A stretch of DNA of 53,563 bases from an uncultured bacterium (GCA_965603705.1 CBFDDY010000001.1:1-53563); one strand, 5' to 3'. Positions 1-9,713 are shown, counted from the stretch's first letter. Numbers and translations: made by a program. Notes: generated from the letters alone by a model not told the origin.

Positions 1-434
1 ACAGCGTGACATCCGATACAACCCTGAACTTTTCCATAAGGACCTGCTTTGCCGGTGAGGCTGTATTTAACCCAGTACCAATCACCGGCTGAAGGATTAT
101 AATCTTTGATTTTATACATGACTGTGATCGCAGTGAATTTTTTATCCTGGTTATAATTTTCCTTAACTTCGATCGAACCATATGGCACCGGGACAGCAGT
201 GGCATTAAGCAGAATTTCATTGACATATACTTTATGGAAAGGGCCGTGGGGAGCATTTCCAGGCTGCATTCCAGCATGGTCTTCCCAAAAGCCCCAATCC
301 TTATATGGGGATTCCTGAGTAATATAATCCCACAGCTTCTGCGTATCCGGTCCGGGCATATCCGCCCTGAAGCTGAAACCTAAGAAAATTATTATTATAA
401 CTAAACAAAAAGTTAAAATTGCCACCTTTTTCAT
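1..434 (-). CDS. Cytochrome P460-like haem-binding protein, N-terminal part (C-terminus runs off the left edge)
   Basis: Not in the ORF track because it is open at the window edge. Minus-strand ATG at 434-432, 5 nt after AGGAGG (rc of 440-445). My hand translation is MKKVAILTFCLVIIIIFLGFSFRADMPGPDTQKLWDYITQESPYKDWGFWEDHAGMQPGNAPHGPFHKVYVNE...GDWYWVKYSLTGKAGPYGKVQGCIGCHA. It has a signal peptide and a CxxCH haem motif at the edge. The overall pattern recalls cytochrome P460-family proteins. Confidence 0.5.
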   Translation of the reverse strand, partial: MKKVAILTFCLVIIIIFLGFSFRADMPGPDTQKLWDYITQESPYKDWGFWEDHAGMQPGNAPHGPFHKVYVNEILLNATAVPVPYGSIEVKENYNQDKKFTAITVMYKIKDYNPSAGDWYWVKYSLTGKAGPYGKVQGCIGCHA

Positions 435-563
435 TTCATCCTCCTGATTTTTTCTTTCATTATAGAAACAATGCAGAAAAATATCAATATCTATCGGAAT
501 AGTAATATCAACAGCCGGTTATCATGGGCTTGAATTTCGAGAGAGGGGTGGTTATGATGAGTC

Positions 564-1196
564 TTAATTCAGGAGGCTTACGGCCAAGTCTACTGCTTGG
601 GCTGCGTCCGGAGCATAGCCGTCCGCTTTTATCGCTTCTGCAAAAGCTGAGGTTACAGGCGCGCCGCCTACCATTACCTTGACCCTCTTTTTAAGACCGG
701 TCTTTTCCAGCTCATCGATTAAAACTTTCATAAAAGTCATAGTAGTAGTCAGGAGGGCTGACATTCCTACAATATCGGCGTCTTCTTTTTTAATCGATTC
801 CATAAATTTTTCCAGGGGAACATCAGCTCCAAGATCTATAACCTCAAAACCGGCACCCTCAAGCAGCATAGCTACAATACTTTTTCCAATATCATGAAGG
901 TCACCATTTACAGTACCCATAACTACTTTACCCTTGGGTTGGACATTTGCCTGAGCGAGAAGAGGCTTTATAACTCCCATCCCGGCTTTCATCGCCTTGG
1001 CGGAAACCAAGACTTCTGGGATAAAAACTTCATTGTTTTTGAATTTCTCGCTGACAACATTCATTCCGGCAACCAAGCCCTTATTTAAAATATCTTCCGC
1101 TGAAACGTTTTGAGAAAGGACCTGCTCTGTAAGTTTTTTAACTTCATCTGCATCTCCATTCTCAATACTGACGGCAATTTCATCTAATAAATTCAT
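564..1196 (-). CDS. Corrinoid (cobalamin)-binding protein of the methyltransferase-associated type (B12-binding-2 plus B12-binding domains)
   Basis: 210 aa. Carries the DxHxxG cobalamin-ligand motif (GDLHDIGK), followed by SALLTTT and MVGGAP Rossmann-like B12-binding motifs. The N-terminal helical cap domain is typical of MtbC/MtmC/MetH-cap-like corrinoid proteins. Confidence 0.8.
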   Translation of the reverse strand: MNLLDEIAVSIENGDADEVKKLTEQVLSQNVSAEDILNKGLVAGMNVVSEKFKNNEVFIPEVLVSAKAMKAGMGVIKPLLAQANVQPKGKVVMGTVNGDLHDIGKSIVAMLLEGAGFEVIDLGADVPLEKFMESIKKEDADIVGMSALLTTTMTFMKVLIDELEKTGLKKRVKVMVGGAPVTSAFAEAIKADGYAPDAAQAVDLAVSLLN

Positions 1197-1317
1197 TAAT
1201 ATCTCCCCTTAAAAATATCAATTGGTATTCAACCTATATAGGAATTAGATATTTAATAAGAAAAACCCAAACTAGTAAAGCTTTTTTTGATTCAATCCTC
1301 AGCTGCCCTATTTAGCT

Positions 1318-1354
1318 AAGGCTGAGCTTTGGGAGACAGTAGCAGCTCAGCCTT
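1318..1354 (-). terminator. Candidate stem-loop terminator downstream of the YeeE gene
   Basis: Perfect 11-bp inverted repeat, aaggctgagct (1318-1328) and agctcagcctt (1344-1354), with a 15-nt loop. It starts 35 nt after the YeeE stop. No immediate U-tract on the minus strand, so it is at best atypical. Confidence 0.3.
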
Positions 1355-1388
1355 AACGTTTGGCGGGAAAATTCTTAGCGTGTCTTAT

Positions 1389-2600
1389 TTATAATGCAGA
1401 GAACTTTCCTGTTTTTTCGTTCCACTTCACAAATAAATACCATAGAAGTATGATCCCAAGGAATAGCAGAATTGATCCCCCATAGCCTATTTTGTGAGGA
1501 AGATAAAATTGTTGCTTCATACCCGGAGACAAAGCTTTATAAAAAGGCGCTGCTATATACTTAGCAGTAAGAGGCATAGCGATTATCATACCGGCTACAG
1601 AAGCCCAAAGCTTTATATGGCCTTCACCGGCACGCCACAATGAACCAACAACACAACCCCCGGCCAACGTCATCCCGATGCCAAAAATCACACCGCCGAT
1701 TATTGCCGGCAACCAGAAGTGCGGCCAGACCCATATCATCTCTTTAGGAGTACCCGCAGCCATAAACTTAATAATAGCAAAGCCGAACATACTGACCAAA
1801 ATGCCGGCCATCACAGCGACAGGGGCAGAGGATTCCCCAGTCATAAACGGTTCACGCAGTGCTCTCACTATGCAGAAGCGCGATCGCTGGCAGACGAATC
1901 CAAAGAAAAGGCCGATCAATACGTAGCAGACTAAAACTTTGTTGCCACCTTTATTAAAGTTAAAGGCAATAACTAGCCCCACAATCAATAAAATTGTGCC
2001 GATCAATGGTTGTATCGATGCCCTATCAGTTGCGGCTGACAGGAATGTCGCCGATTTTCCACTGCTTATCTTTGGAAACTTTTCCATCTCAAACAGCAAG
2101 TATTTGAGGGCAACATACGTCCCAATCACCAATCCTGCCGTAAACACTATCGCACCGAGCGAAAGAGCCGGCCATCCACTGAAAAAACCTCCGATCGTAC
2201 AGGATTTACCTATAATGGCGCCTATCCCCATTAAGGCTCCGCCAAGGAAACCCTTGATTATTTCTCCTATCGGAGGAAACCTAAAAGCAAACTCTTTAGA
2301 CATCAATGCCGCTACAAAAGCACCCAGCAGCATCAAAAAACAGAGGACAGCATATGGGTGCACATTTGCAGCTGGTAGCGATGCTTCCGCGCTGCCAAAT
2401 CTTACTATGCCAAGCGAGTTGAAGATATTCTGACCCCAATTAAGGATACCTCCGCTAGCACCCCAGGGTTTTAAGACAATAAACAAGCAAATGTTACCCA
2501 CTCCTAGAAGGATACCACCTACCCACATCGCCCATGCCTTTCCAAATAGCAAATGCAATAAGCGCTTAATTCCTCCCTTTTCCGCTTCGGATTTTGACAT
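1389..2600 (-). CDS. YeeE/YedE-family sulfur-compound (thiosulfate-type) inner-membrane transporter
   Basis: 403 aa, polytopic. Conserved Cys-containing re-entrant motifs (GKSCTIGG, CQRSRFCIVR, AGGCVVGS) are typical of YeeE/YedE. It lies immediately downstream of a TusA-like gene, the classic YeeE-YeeD pairing. Confidence 0.85.
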   Translation of the reverse strand: MSKSEAEKGGIKRLLHLLFGKAWAMWVGGILLGVGNICLFIVLKPWGASGGILNWGQNIFNSLGIVRFGSAEASLPAANVHPYAVLCFLMLLGAFVAALMSKEFAFRFPPIGEIIKGFLGGALMGIGAIIGKSCTIGGFFSGWPALSLGAIVFTAGLVIGTYVALKYLLFEMEKFPKISSGKSATFLSAATDRASIQPLIGTILLIVGLVIAFNFNKGGNKVLVCYVLIGLFFGFVCQRSRFCIVRALREPFMTGESSAPVAVMAGILVSMFGFAIIKFMAAGTPKEMIWVWPHFWLPAIIGGVIFGIGMTLAGGCVVGSLWRAGEGHIKLWASVAGMIIAMPLTAKYIAAPFYKALSPGMKQQFYLPHKIGYGGSILLFLGIILLWYLFVKWNEKTGKFSAL

Positions 2601-2643
2601 AAAAAGCCTCCTTATTGATTTTAAAAACTATTACATAATACTC

Positions 2644-2880
2644 TTACTTAGTTCGACGAATATAGTATTTAAACGTTCCTTTTTCCTCAGTTGATTCTAT
2701 AAACTCATTTCCTGTTTTTTCACACCACGCCGGTACATCAGTTTTAGAACCAGGATCTGTGGCAAGCAACTCCAACACCTGGCCTACATCAATATTCTTA
2801 ATCCCTTTAGCAAGCTTGAGGATTGGCATTGGACATGAAAGTCCGCTACAGTCTAAAGTTTCATCCGCTTTGACCGTCAT
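2644..2880 (-). CDS. TusA/YeeD-family sulfurtransferase
   Basis: 78 aa with the hallmark LDCSGLSCPMPILK (CPxP) active-site motif. Confidence 0.85.
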   Translation of the reverse strand: MTVKADETLDCSGLSCPMPILKLAKGIKNIDVGQVLELLATDPGSKTDVPAWCEKTGNEFIESTEEKGTFKYYIRRTK

Positions 2881-2935
2881 AACTTTACCTCCTTAATATT
2901 TTTTTATTTTTTTTTAATGCGCCTATCAATCCAGA

Positions 2936-4030
2936 TTAGAAGAACACCTGAACTTGGATATCTGCAGTTTTTGTCCACTTATCAGCCCCGTTCACATTTA
3001 CAGAGCCAAACTGAAACTTTAAGTTGACATTGTGTCCATGCATCCACCAGTTCACACCACCCAGGATTGCTTGACGCTTGCCTACATCACCTTCACTCGG
3101 TGCATACCATTCAAATGCAATAAGGGGCTCAATATTATTGATGCGGTATCCAAAATCAGCCCACAAACCACATCCCTTAGGAAGGGCGCCACCAGGGCCA
3201 AAATTGTAAAAATTCAAAGTACTTACAATACCGTTTTTCCCCATGGGAATATCGGCGAAGGCATCAAAGGCAAAGGCGGAGTAAAACTCATCTCCATTAT
3301 CACCGCCTACCCCGGGCTGGAGGTCAAAACTCGCTCCAAATGAGAGGACCTTCTTTGTGCCAAGGTATGTCCCTGCCCAGAAAAATCCAGGCTCTGGATC
3401 AAAGACGTTGTAGCCAACCCGCCCAACAATTCGCAGGCTGTCATTCTTATTTTTGGCCGGCACGGGAAACACTGCATTGGGATTACCCGGAGCATACTCA
3501 ATACCATCCAGGATAGCGAGCCGATAATCTATGTGTTTGTCTGACAAGAGTCCTCTTGCCATGATTCCCATATCCCGGTGACCTATTCCCCCGTATCTCT
3601 GTAAAAATGAGCCGTGGAAATCAAGTCCATGCAGTTTTGCACCTGTTTGTTGCATGTGTCTTGAAAACGGCAGCTTCAACAATCCGGCATTGATCTTTAA
3701 ATAATCAGCTACAACAAATTCCACCCATGCATCTGCAATCAGAGTACGAGCAGTCATGTTGCCATCTTGGCCCATGCCTCCGTTCAGTGTCCCGATAAAA
3801 AAGTTGACCTTCGGGGCTATCTGGCCTGCAAACAAAAGCCTGACTCGCTTCAAAAAAAAGTCCGTCTTTAGACTAGGCCCCTGGTCTATTGGCATATGCA
3901 TCCAAGTCTGTACAAACCCATTGATGTTAAGGAATGCTTTATCTGAAATGTTAATCTTTGCTGCTCCAGCATTTGATGTGAAGCAGAACAGGCATACGAA
4001 TAGGGTTAATACCGCAAACAATTTTCTCAT
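2936..4030 (-). CDS. Putative outer-membrane beta-barrel porin
   Basis: 364 aa. Signal peptide MRKLFAVLTLFVCLFCFTSNAGA, alternating amphipathic strands rich in Gly and aromatics, and a C-terminal ...QVQVFF ending in Phe. Similarity to the phosphate-selective porin O/P family is suspected but unverified. Confidence 0.6.
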   Translation of the reverse strand: MRKLFAVLTLFVCLFCFTSNAGAAKINISDKAFLNINGFVQTWMHMPIDQGPSLKTDFFLKRVRLLFAGQIAPKVNFFIGTLNGGMGQDGNMTARTLIADAWVEFVVADYLKINAGLLKLPFSRHMQQTGAKLHGLDFHGSFLQRYGGIGHRDMGIMARGLLSDKHIDYRLAILDGIEYAPGNPNAVFPVPAKNKNDSLRIVGRVGYNVFDPEPGFFWAGTYLGTKKVLSFGASFDLQPGVGGDNGDEFYSAFAFDAFADIPMGKNGIVSTLNFYNFGPGGALPKGCGLWADFGYRINNIEPLIAFEWYAPSEGDVGKRQAILGGVNWWMHGHNVNLKFQFGSVNVNGADKWTKTADIQVQVFF

Positions 4031-4222
4031 CTTTTTATCTCCTTGTAAAATATAATACTTAGCATCAGGTTGATTTTATAATAGCACTGTATAACACTAT
4101 ATGCGCTTATCCTCTCTCCATCGCTCCTCCTTATTACTGGAATCTTAAAACTCCTTTACGGTGGCTATCTTCCATATCGACATATCATAGTAAAAAAATA
4201 ATTAGATATACTAAGGAAAAAA

Positions 4223-4501
4223 TCATTTCTTAAGTATTTGTAAAATTTTAATGACCCGCTTATCAATCACTTTATAGCATACTTCTAGTCCCGTTTTGCT
4301 TCCATCTATTATGCCTTTATTCCGTAATATCTGGAGGTGCTGGGAAACTGTAGATTGAGGGATGCCTATTTTTTTTTGTATTGAATTAACACTACATCCT
4401 TCCAGGTCTAATCCTACTAACAATAGCTCAATTATTTTCAAACGTGCCGGGTGAGCAAGTGCTTTTAAAAGCTCACTTTCGTCCCTGTATTTGTATTTCA
4501 T
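4223..4501 (-). CDS. ArsR/SmtB-family winged-helix transcriptional regulator
   Basis: 92 aa. LKALAHPARLKIIELL followed by the recognition helix PQSTVSQHLQILRNKGII. Two Cys residues (EGCSV, EVCYK). Confidence 0.85.
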   Translation of the reverse strand: MKYKYRDESELLKALAHPARLKIIELLLVGLDLEGCSVNSIQKKIGIPQSTVSQHLQILRNKGIIDGSKTGLEVCYKVIDKRVIKILQILKK

Positions 4502-4693
4502 TTATTTAAAATCACCTTCTTTTTTAGAATATAATAATGTTTGAGATTTATGCGTATTATATTCATAATTTCATTTATTCGGATATTTAAATATATGAAT
4601 AAAGCAATGTCAAGAAAAAAATTAATTTTGTCAAGGCAACGCAAAAACTTCCGGTTTTCAGCAAAGCAAAATCAGGGCCGTAGAGGGCTTCTA

Positions 4694-6067
4694 TTATTTC
4701 TTTTTCTTTACCTTTGTTAGGATATCACTTCTACCGTCGGGGAAACGGGCCTTGATCGCATATTCTTTTTCTTTATCATCAAGGACGAACTCAACCCGCA
4801 CATCGGCCCAGCCACCAAGAATAAAATAAGTCTCGCTTAGAGGAATCATCTTAAATTTTTGAGGGCCCGACTTAAAAAACAGCTGCCCGTCCTCCAAAGT
4901 AATGACACTACGTGTATACTGCCCCACATACTTTTTTAAGATCTCCTCTTGAACTTTTTGCGGTTCCAATCTTGCTTTGATACTGTCCAGGGCCCACTGC
5001 ATCCTCTGTTTTTTTTCCTCGTCTTCGGTCTTTTCCGTAAGTTTTTCAAGCGCCGTATAATGTGCTTTGTCCAGGGCTTTATCCCGCGGAACAGAAATAT
5101 GCGGCACAATACCTTTACCTTCCCAGTTTGTTCTAGTGATGGGATTAATGGCTCTGCCGCTCGGAACCCAGACGAGAAAATCATCATTCACAATCCGGCT
5201 TCCACCAGGATGAGCTCCCCCACCTGTTGTTTCACCAACAATAGTGGCCCTCTTAAGGTTTTTTAGGTTATAGGTAAATTCTTCGGCTGCGGAAAATGTA
5301 CGGGAACTTGTCAGGATGTAGAGATCAGTATCGTACATCTTTTTTCCGGGCACATAACGAAGAGTCCAAAACTGCTTTATGGTATCGTCCCCGCGCCATT
5401 CAAAACTGTTCAAATACGTATACTCCTCAAGAAAATAGCTGCTTATTATCTGGATCGTAAACGGGCTGCCGCCGCCGTTATCGCGAAGGTCGATGATGAC
5501 CGCATTGGAATTAGCTAAAAAATTCATGGCTGCAATGATTGTCTCGGCTGCTTGATCTAATCCGGAAAAGCCTGTCAAGTCGAGATAACCAATGTTTCCT
5601 TCCAGGATCTCCAGTCTTCGAAATCCAAAATTTCGCTGACGCTCCCGCTCGATTTGTGCTTTTTGCGCCTTCTCCCGGTCTTCTTTGCTTCTGCTGTTGC
5701 CGGCCCTAATCCTTTTGACGGCTTCGGGGTCGTAAGTGACTCGGATGTGTTTGTCCTTGCTTATTTTGTGTAAATCATTTGTGAGAGCTTGGGCAAATGT
5801 TTCCTCATTGTTAATTTTGTCATATTTTCCTTCTTTTAGCTGTGTATTCAGATGATCTTCCATTTTTTTTGCTGTCTCAGGGAAAATGTAATTGCTCTTA
5901 AGCAGCTGGCCAATCCGTTTGACGACTTCAGATTTAAGTTTAGCTGTGAAGGTAATGTCCTCTGCTGCTTTATTTTCTTGAGAAAAAGCCGGCAGGCTCC
6001 CAAGCGTGAAAAAGAGCATAAAAAGCAGAATAATCATAACCAGTTTTTTTGCCTTAATTAGAGACAT
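4694..6067 (-). CDS. Secreted S41-family (tail-specific / IRBP-like) serine peptidase
   Basis: 457 aa. Signal peptide; IIDLRDNGGGS and LTSSRTFSAAEEF motifs typical of the S41 Ser/Lys peptidase core. Confidence 0.8.
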   Translation of the reverse strand: MSLIKAKKLVMIILLFMLFFTLGSLPAFSQENKAAEDITFTAKLKSEVVKRIGQLLKSNYIFPETAKKMEDHLNTQLKEGKYDKINNEETFAQALTNDLHKISKDKHIRVTYDPEAVKRIRAGNSRSKEDREKAQKAQIERERQRNFGFRRLEILEGNIGYLDLTGFSGLDQAAETIIAAMNFLANSNAVIIDLRDNGGGSPFTIQIISSYFLEEYTYLNSFEWRGDDTIKQFWTLRYVPGKKMYDTDLYILTSSRTFSAAEEFTYNLKNLKRATIVGETTGGGAHPGGSRIVNDDFLVWVPSGRAINPITRTNWEGKGIVPHISVPRDKALDKAHYTALEKLTEKTEDEEKKQRMQWALDSIKARLEPQKVQEEILKKYVGQYTRSVITLEDGQLFFKSGPQKFKMIPLSETYFILGGWADVRVEFVLDDKEKEYAIKARFPDGRSDILTKVKKKK

Positions 6068-6273
6068 GACAGAACTCCTTATGTTATTTCTAGGTAATTT
6101 AACACATTATATCTTACATACTGGTTATATGTAATAGTTTTATCAAATTTCCACCCTCATAAAGGATTCATCAGAGTGGGAAGTGGGTGATATAGGAGGA
6201 AGAGAAACCCCTTTAAAAGCTTATTGATCACAGCTGAACATTTCACGCGCCAGTAATTGTATACACTTTTTTC

Positions 6274-7356
6274 TTAGCATGGTCTCTCTTCCTCGAAGCC
6301 CCATTTTTTTCCCCAAGCATGATGCTTCTGTATAAGATAGTTCAAGTCATTTCCTTTCGAATCCCAAAGGTTTCTCAATGGTGCCATATCGATTTCAACT
6401 TTTTTCTGCGAAGGCAAAACAAATTCAATCGCAGGTTTTTGTTTGGCGTATCCGAGGCGGATAGGATTAAAATCGATCGACTTGGCTTCTTGGATGAAGG
6501 AATTGATTTTTAAAGAGGGAATAGTAAAGATGAGTTCAAACTCTCCGTGTATGCCTGCAACCATGAACCAATAAGGTGTCTTTGTTACTTCACAAAATCT
6601 AAAAACCTCTGGCGCTAAAATTGTCTTCCAATCCGCCTCGATGACAAATCCCTTATTGTTGATGCGCGAAAGCTGGTCAAGTGTGATTAACAATCCATCA
6701 CTTGTGTCCATACAGGTTGTCGCGTATTTCCGGATCAACTGCCCTTCTCTGATACGCGCATGAGGCCGGTAAAAACTTTCAGGAAAAAGCTCCTCCGGTA
6801 ACTTTGCCAGATGCACAAGCCCAAGGGCATTTCCGCTTCCCGCTCCACTGCTCAGGAAAACACAATCTCCGGGTTTACAGCCGAGACGAGTGATCTTTTG
6901 CTCTTGAGGTACAAGTCCGATTGCACAGCCTGTTAAGGAAATATTGGGGCCTGTATTTGTGTCTCCGCCCAAGACAAAAACACCTAATTTTTTACAGGCT
7001 GCCCCTATTCCCTGGGCTATTTCCTTCCGAAAATTATTATCTCTTGTAGTCTCAAGAGAAATGGATATAACAATACCCAGAGGTTCGGCCCCTACAGCAG
7101 CCAAGTCACTAAAATTTGACATCACTGTCACCCAACCCATAGTGAAAGGATCCTGATACAAACCCTCGCTGATTTCCTCAGAAAGGGAATCAATAGTGAC
7201 TGCAAGAAAAGAGGAATCATTTCCTTTGATTTCAATCAACTCAGCATCGGTTTCATGAGGGTTGTTGATTTGATAAGGGGAGCGGCTAAAACGGCACACC
7301 CAGGAGTTTATAGTTTTATTTTCTAAAATCTCATCCATTTTATTCATTGACAACAC
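6274..7356 (-). CDS. AIR-synthase-related (PurM/ThiL/HypE/SelD superfamily) ATP-dependent enzyme, ThiL-like
   Basis: 360 aa. Motifs NFSDLAAVGAEPLG, GGDTN and DTSDGL match the ThiL/PurM fold. The start overlaps the upstream lipid-kinase stop by 13 nt. Confidence 0.6.
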   Translation of the reverse strand: MLSMNKMDEILENKTINSWVCRFSRSPYQINNPHETDAELIEIKGNDSSFLAVTIDSLSEEISEGLYQDPFTMGWVTVMSNFSDLAAVGAEPLGIVISISLETTRDNNFRKEIAQGIGAACKKLGVFVLGGDTNTGPNISLTGCAIGLVPQEQKITRLGCKPGDCVFLSSGAGSGNALGLVHLAKLPEELFPESFYRPHARIREGQLIRKYATTCMDTSDGLLITLDQLSRINNKGFVIEADWKTILAPEVFRFCEVTKTPYWFMVAGIHGEFELIFTIPSLKINSFIQEAKSIDFNPIRLGYAKQKPAIEFVLPSQKKVEIDMAPLRNLWDSKGNDLNYLIQKHHAWGKKWGFEEERPC

Positions 7357-8273
7357 CTTAATGTTTTTGAGATCAGTTTGAATCTTACCTGGTTAGCTCT
7401 GACTACTTCGCCATCCATTTCCAGATCAAACGTCTTGGGGCTTGTAATAGAGAGTTCTTTCGCCAACCATGAATAATTATTTGGCTGGTTTTGAAATTTT
7501 TGTTTGTAAAGCCCCAACATTGTCTTTACTGCCTCTCTTCTTGTCATATCAGAGGAAAGATTTACTCCGAATTTTCCATCATCCGGTTTGACTAGAGTGT
7601 CATAACAGAGGCCGCCGGCAAAATGAGGATTTTTTACTACGCCTAAATTAGTGATGGAAAAGTAGCGGAGATTGTCATTATCTAAGGTTAGTGCACATGG
7701 AATGTTACGATAGGAAAAAATTGTCTTTAAAGCAGAAACAACTACAGCTGCTTCTTGAGATATCCTTTGAATCCGGACCATATAAGGAAGCCTCGAATTG
7801 TAAAGCGCATTGGCTTGGGCCGTAATTCCAATGCTGGCATTAATGATAGAATAACGGGTTGAAAACGGCTTTTGAGATTCTTTATAGCGGATACGAATTA
7901 CATCTGGCGAGATTGTGTTTTGCCGGTCCATTCTGGTGGGGATGCCCTGGACAAAAGTCTCAGATCGAAAGGGTTTGTGAAAGTCATTGCTGGAGCCAAG
8001 GCCTACAGCTCCGAAAAGAATCTCTTTCATAACTGCTGAAGGATTTTTCATCAAAGCATTTAAAAGAAGATTGACCGTACCATCACCCCCGGCTGCAATA
8101 AAAGTCCTTTCGCCTGCTTTGATCGCTTTTTTAACTTGACTATAGATTGCCGCGGGAGATTTAATTTTCTCGAGTTGAAATCCTCCAAAACGCTGTCTGA
8201 GAGCTCTATATATTTTTTCCCATTTTCTCTGGCCTTTACCATAGTCACAATAAGGATTTAGATAGATATACAT
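7344..8273 (-). CDS. Diacylglycerol-kinase-catalytic-domain lipid kinase (YegS/sphingosine-kinase-like)
   Basis: AAGGDGTVN nucleotide-binding motif. I place the start at the internal Met (MYIYLNPYCDYGKG, ATG 8273-8271), 1 nt after the UbiA stop (8275-8277). The track's longer ORF would overlap the upstream gene by 68 nt. Confidence 0.7.
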   Translation of the reverse strand: MYIYLNPYCDYGKGQRKWEKIYRALRQRFGGFQLEKIKSPAAIYSQVKKAIKAGERTFIAAGGDGTVNLLLNALMKNPSAVMKEILFGAVGLGSSNDFHKPFRSETFVQGIPTRMDRQNTISPDVIRIRYKESQKPFSTRYSIINASIGITAQANALYNSRLPYMVRIQRISQEAAVVVSALKTIFSYRNIPCALTLDNDNLRYFSITNLGVVKNPHFAGGLCYDTLVKPDDGKFGVNLSSDMTRREAVKTMLGLYKQKFQNQPNNYSWLAKELSITSPKTFDLEMDGEVVRANQVRFKLISKTLRCCQ

Positions 8274-8274
8274 T

Positions 8275-9288
8275 TTACACCTGTCCTTTTTCCGGCCTGT
8301 GTTTAAGAGTAAGCTCAAAACTGGCATAAAAAAGAATGGCAAACAGAATCCAAGCAGGCTTTAAAAGAATAATCTCAGCAATATGCAAAAGTAAGAATCC
8401 TCTGACAACGTTAGCAATAGGCCCATGTGATTTTTTCTCTTCTCTGATACGATGGATCTTGACTTGGGCCAGAATCAACACTGCAATGGCTGTCAAATAA
8501 AAGGGAATGGATGCCCAAGACCAGGAAAAAAAATCTTCCTTCGCAAGGACTTTAGATAATCCCAACCCTGTTGCTAATACGGAAAGAAAAGCGAAAACAT
8601 CACTTCCGACAGCCGCTTTTTTCCACCCGTAAGCAACAACAAAAGTGTTATAACCACTCGCCTCGTCAGCTGAAATGTCCTTAAAATAACCCATAAGAAC
8701 AAAATTGGCATAGCTGAAAAAGACACTGATTATGATGAAAATCAGGATGCCGCTTTCAAATATATTTGAAATAGAATTTCCGGAACCTGTTGCAGCCATT
8801 TTTCCGATAATTGGAAGCAATGCCACAATCCAGGCATTGTAAAAGGGTCCGCCCCACCAACGCCGCTTAAAATATGTATAAGTGGCCAAACCTGTAATAC
8901 ATAGAATTCCCGGGAGGAGAGTCAATGGATTGAGCAAGAGGAGGACCGCACATCCTGCCAGGAGTCCGATCAGGCTCACTGGAAGGACCTGTCTTCGCCT
9001 TATAATGCCTTGGACCAGGGGACGATATGGAGAGGAGATCGAATCAGTATCCATCTGAAAACAATCGGTCAATGCCTGCCCGAATCCATAAGCAAGGAAA
9101 AAAACAAAAAAAACGCTCAGGGTCACACCAATCCCTCTTTCAGCTCCGTCGACAAATCCTGCCATTCCTGCTACTCCTGAAACAAAAAGGAGATAAGGCC
9201 GCATCGTGATCCAGTAGGCTTTCCAAAAAATAAAGCTGTTTAAGTCAGCATATTTCTGTTTCATTGTCTGTTCTTTTTTCATGAGCAC
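8275..9288 (-). CDS. UbiA-family aromatic/isoprenoid prenyltransferase (polytopic membrane protein)
   Basis: 337 aa with about 8-9 TM segments. Two Asp-rich motifs (LTDCFQMDTD and YFKDISADEASG) sit in the expected positions. Confidence 0.7.
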   Translation of the reverse strand: MLMKKEQTMKQKYADLNSFIFWKAYWITMRPYLLFVSGVAGMAGFVDGAERGIGVTLSVFFVFFLAYGFGQALTDCFQMDTDSISSPYRPLVQGIIRRRQVLPVSLIGLLAGCAVLLLLNPLTLLPGILCITGLATYTYFKRRWWGGPFYNAWIVALLPIIGKMAATGSGNSISNIFESGILIFIIISVFFSYANFVLMGYFKDISADEASGYNTFVVAYGWKKAAVGSDVFAFLSVLATGLGLSKVLAKEDFFSWSWASIPFYLTAIAVLILAQVKIHRIREEKKSHGPIANVVRGFLLLHIAEIILLKPAWILFAILFYASFELTLKHRPEKGQV

Positions 9289-9296
9289 TCCATTTT

Positions 9297-9713
9297 CTAA
9301 ATCAAATCCAGCCTCTTACCGACAAGTTTAAATTTTTCTATTGCCCGCTCTAAATTATTCTGGGAAAGGGAGGCCATAACACTTATCCTTATAAGAGAAG
9401 ATTCAGCAGACACAGCTGGAGGTACAACCGGATTAACAAATACTCCTTCCTCTTCTAATTGCGATGCCATTTGAAATGCTTTTTTATCATTTCCGATCAG
9501 CAGAGGAATGATAGGAGTCTGAGTAGGTGTGACCTTGAATCCTAATTCTTTAAGGTTTTTTCTGAGGAAATTCACATTTTGACGTAAATTTCGGAGCAAT
9601 TGAGGAGACCTTTCCAATACTTGAAGAGCAGCCAAGACTGTAGCCACAACAGAAGGAGGCGAGCTGGCAGTGAACAGAAAAGGCCGCGAGTTGAAAAGGT
9701 TTGTTAAGAAAAA
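9297..9713 (-). pseudogene. 3'-terminal remnant of a PLP-dependent alpha-oxoamine synthase (KBL/AONS/serine-palmitoyltransferase family)
   Basis: The reading frame is open back to a stop at 9750-9752. It reads ...LTNLFNSRPFLFTASSPPSVVATVLAAL...PIIPLLIGNDKKAFQMASQLEEEGVFVNPVVPPAVSAESSLIRISVMASL...KFKLVGKRL. This matches only the last ~135 residues of a ~390-aa enzyme family. The PLP-lysine region is absent and only ~50 nt separate it from the next gene. Confidence 0.65.

Noticed and set aside
4560-4601. Inverted repeat TATTCATA ... TATGAATA, 26 nt apart, upstream of the ArsR-family gene, as a possible operator.
   Set aside because: The arms are short, the spacing is much wider than the typical ArsR/SmtB 12-2-12 operators, and the region is extremely AT-rich, so such repeats are expected by chance. 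Not reportable as a feature without binding data.
8274-8342. The 23-codon N-terminal extension of the lipid-kinase ORF (track start 8342), and the nested ORF 8060-8248.
   Set aside because: The extension overlaps the UbiA gene's 3' end and has no family counterpart. The internal Met at 8273 gives a 1-nt intergenic gap and the expected family N-terminus. ORF 8060-8248 is an out-of-frame shadow inside the kinase gene.
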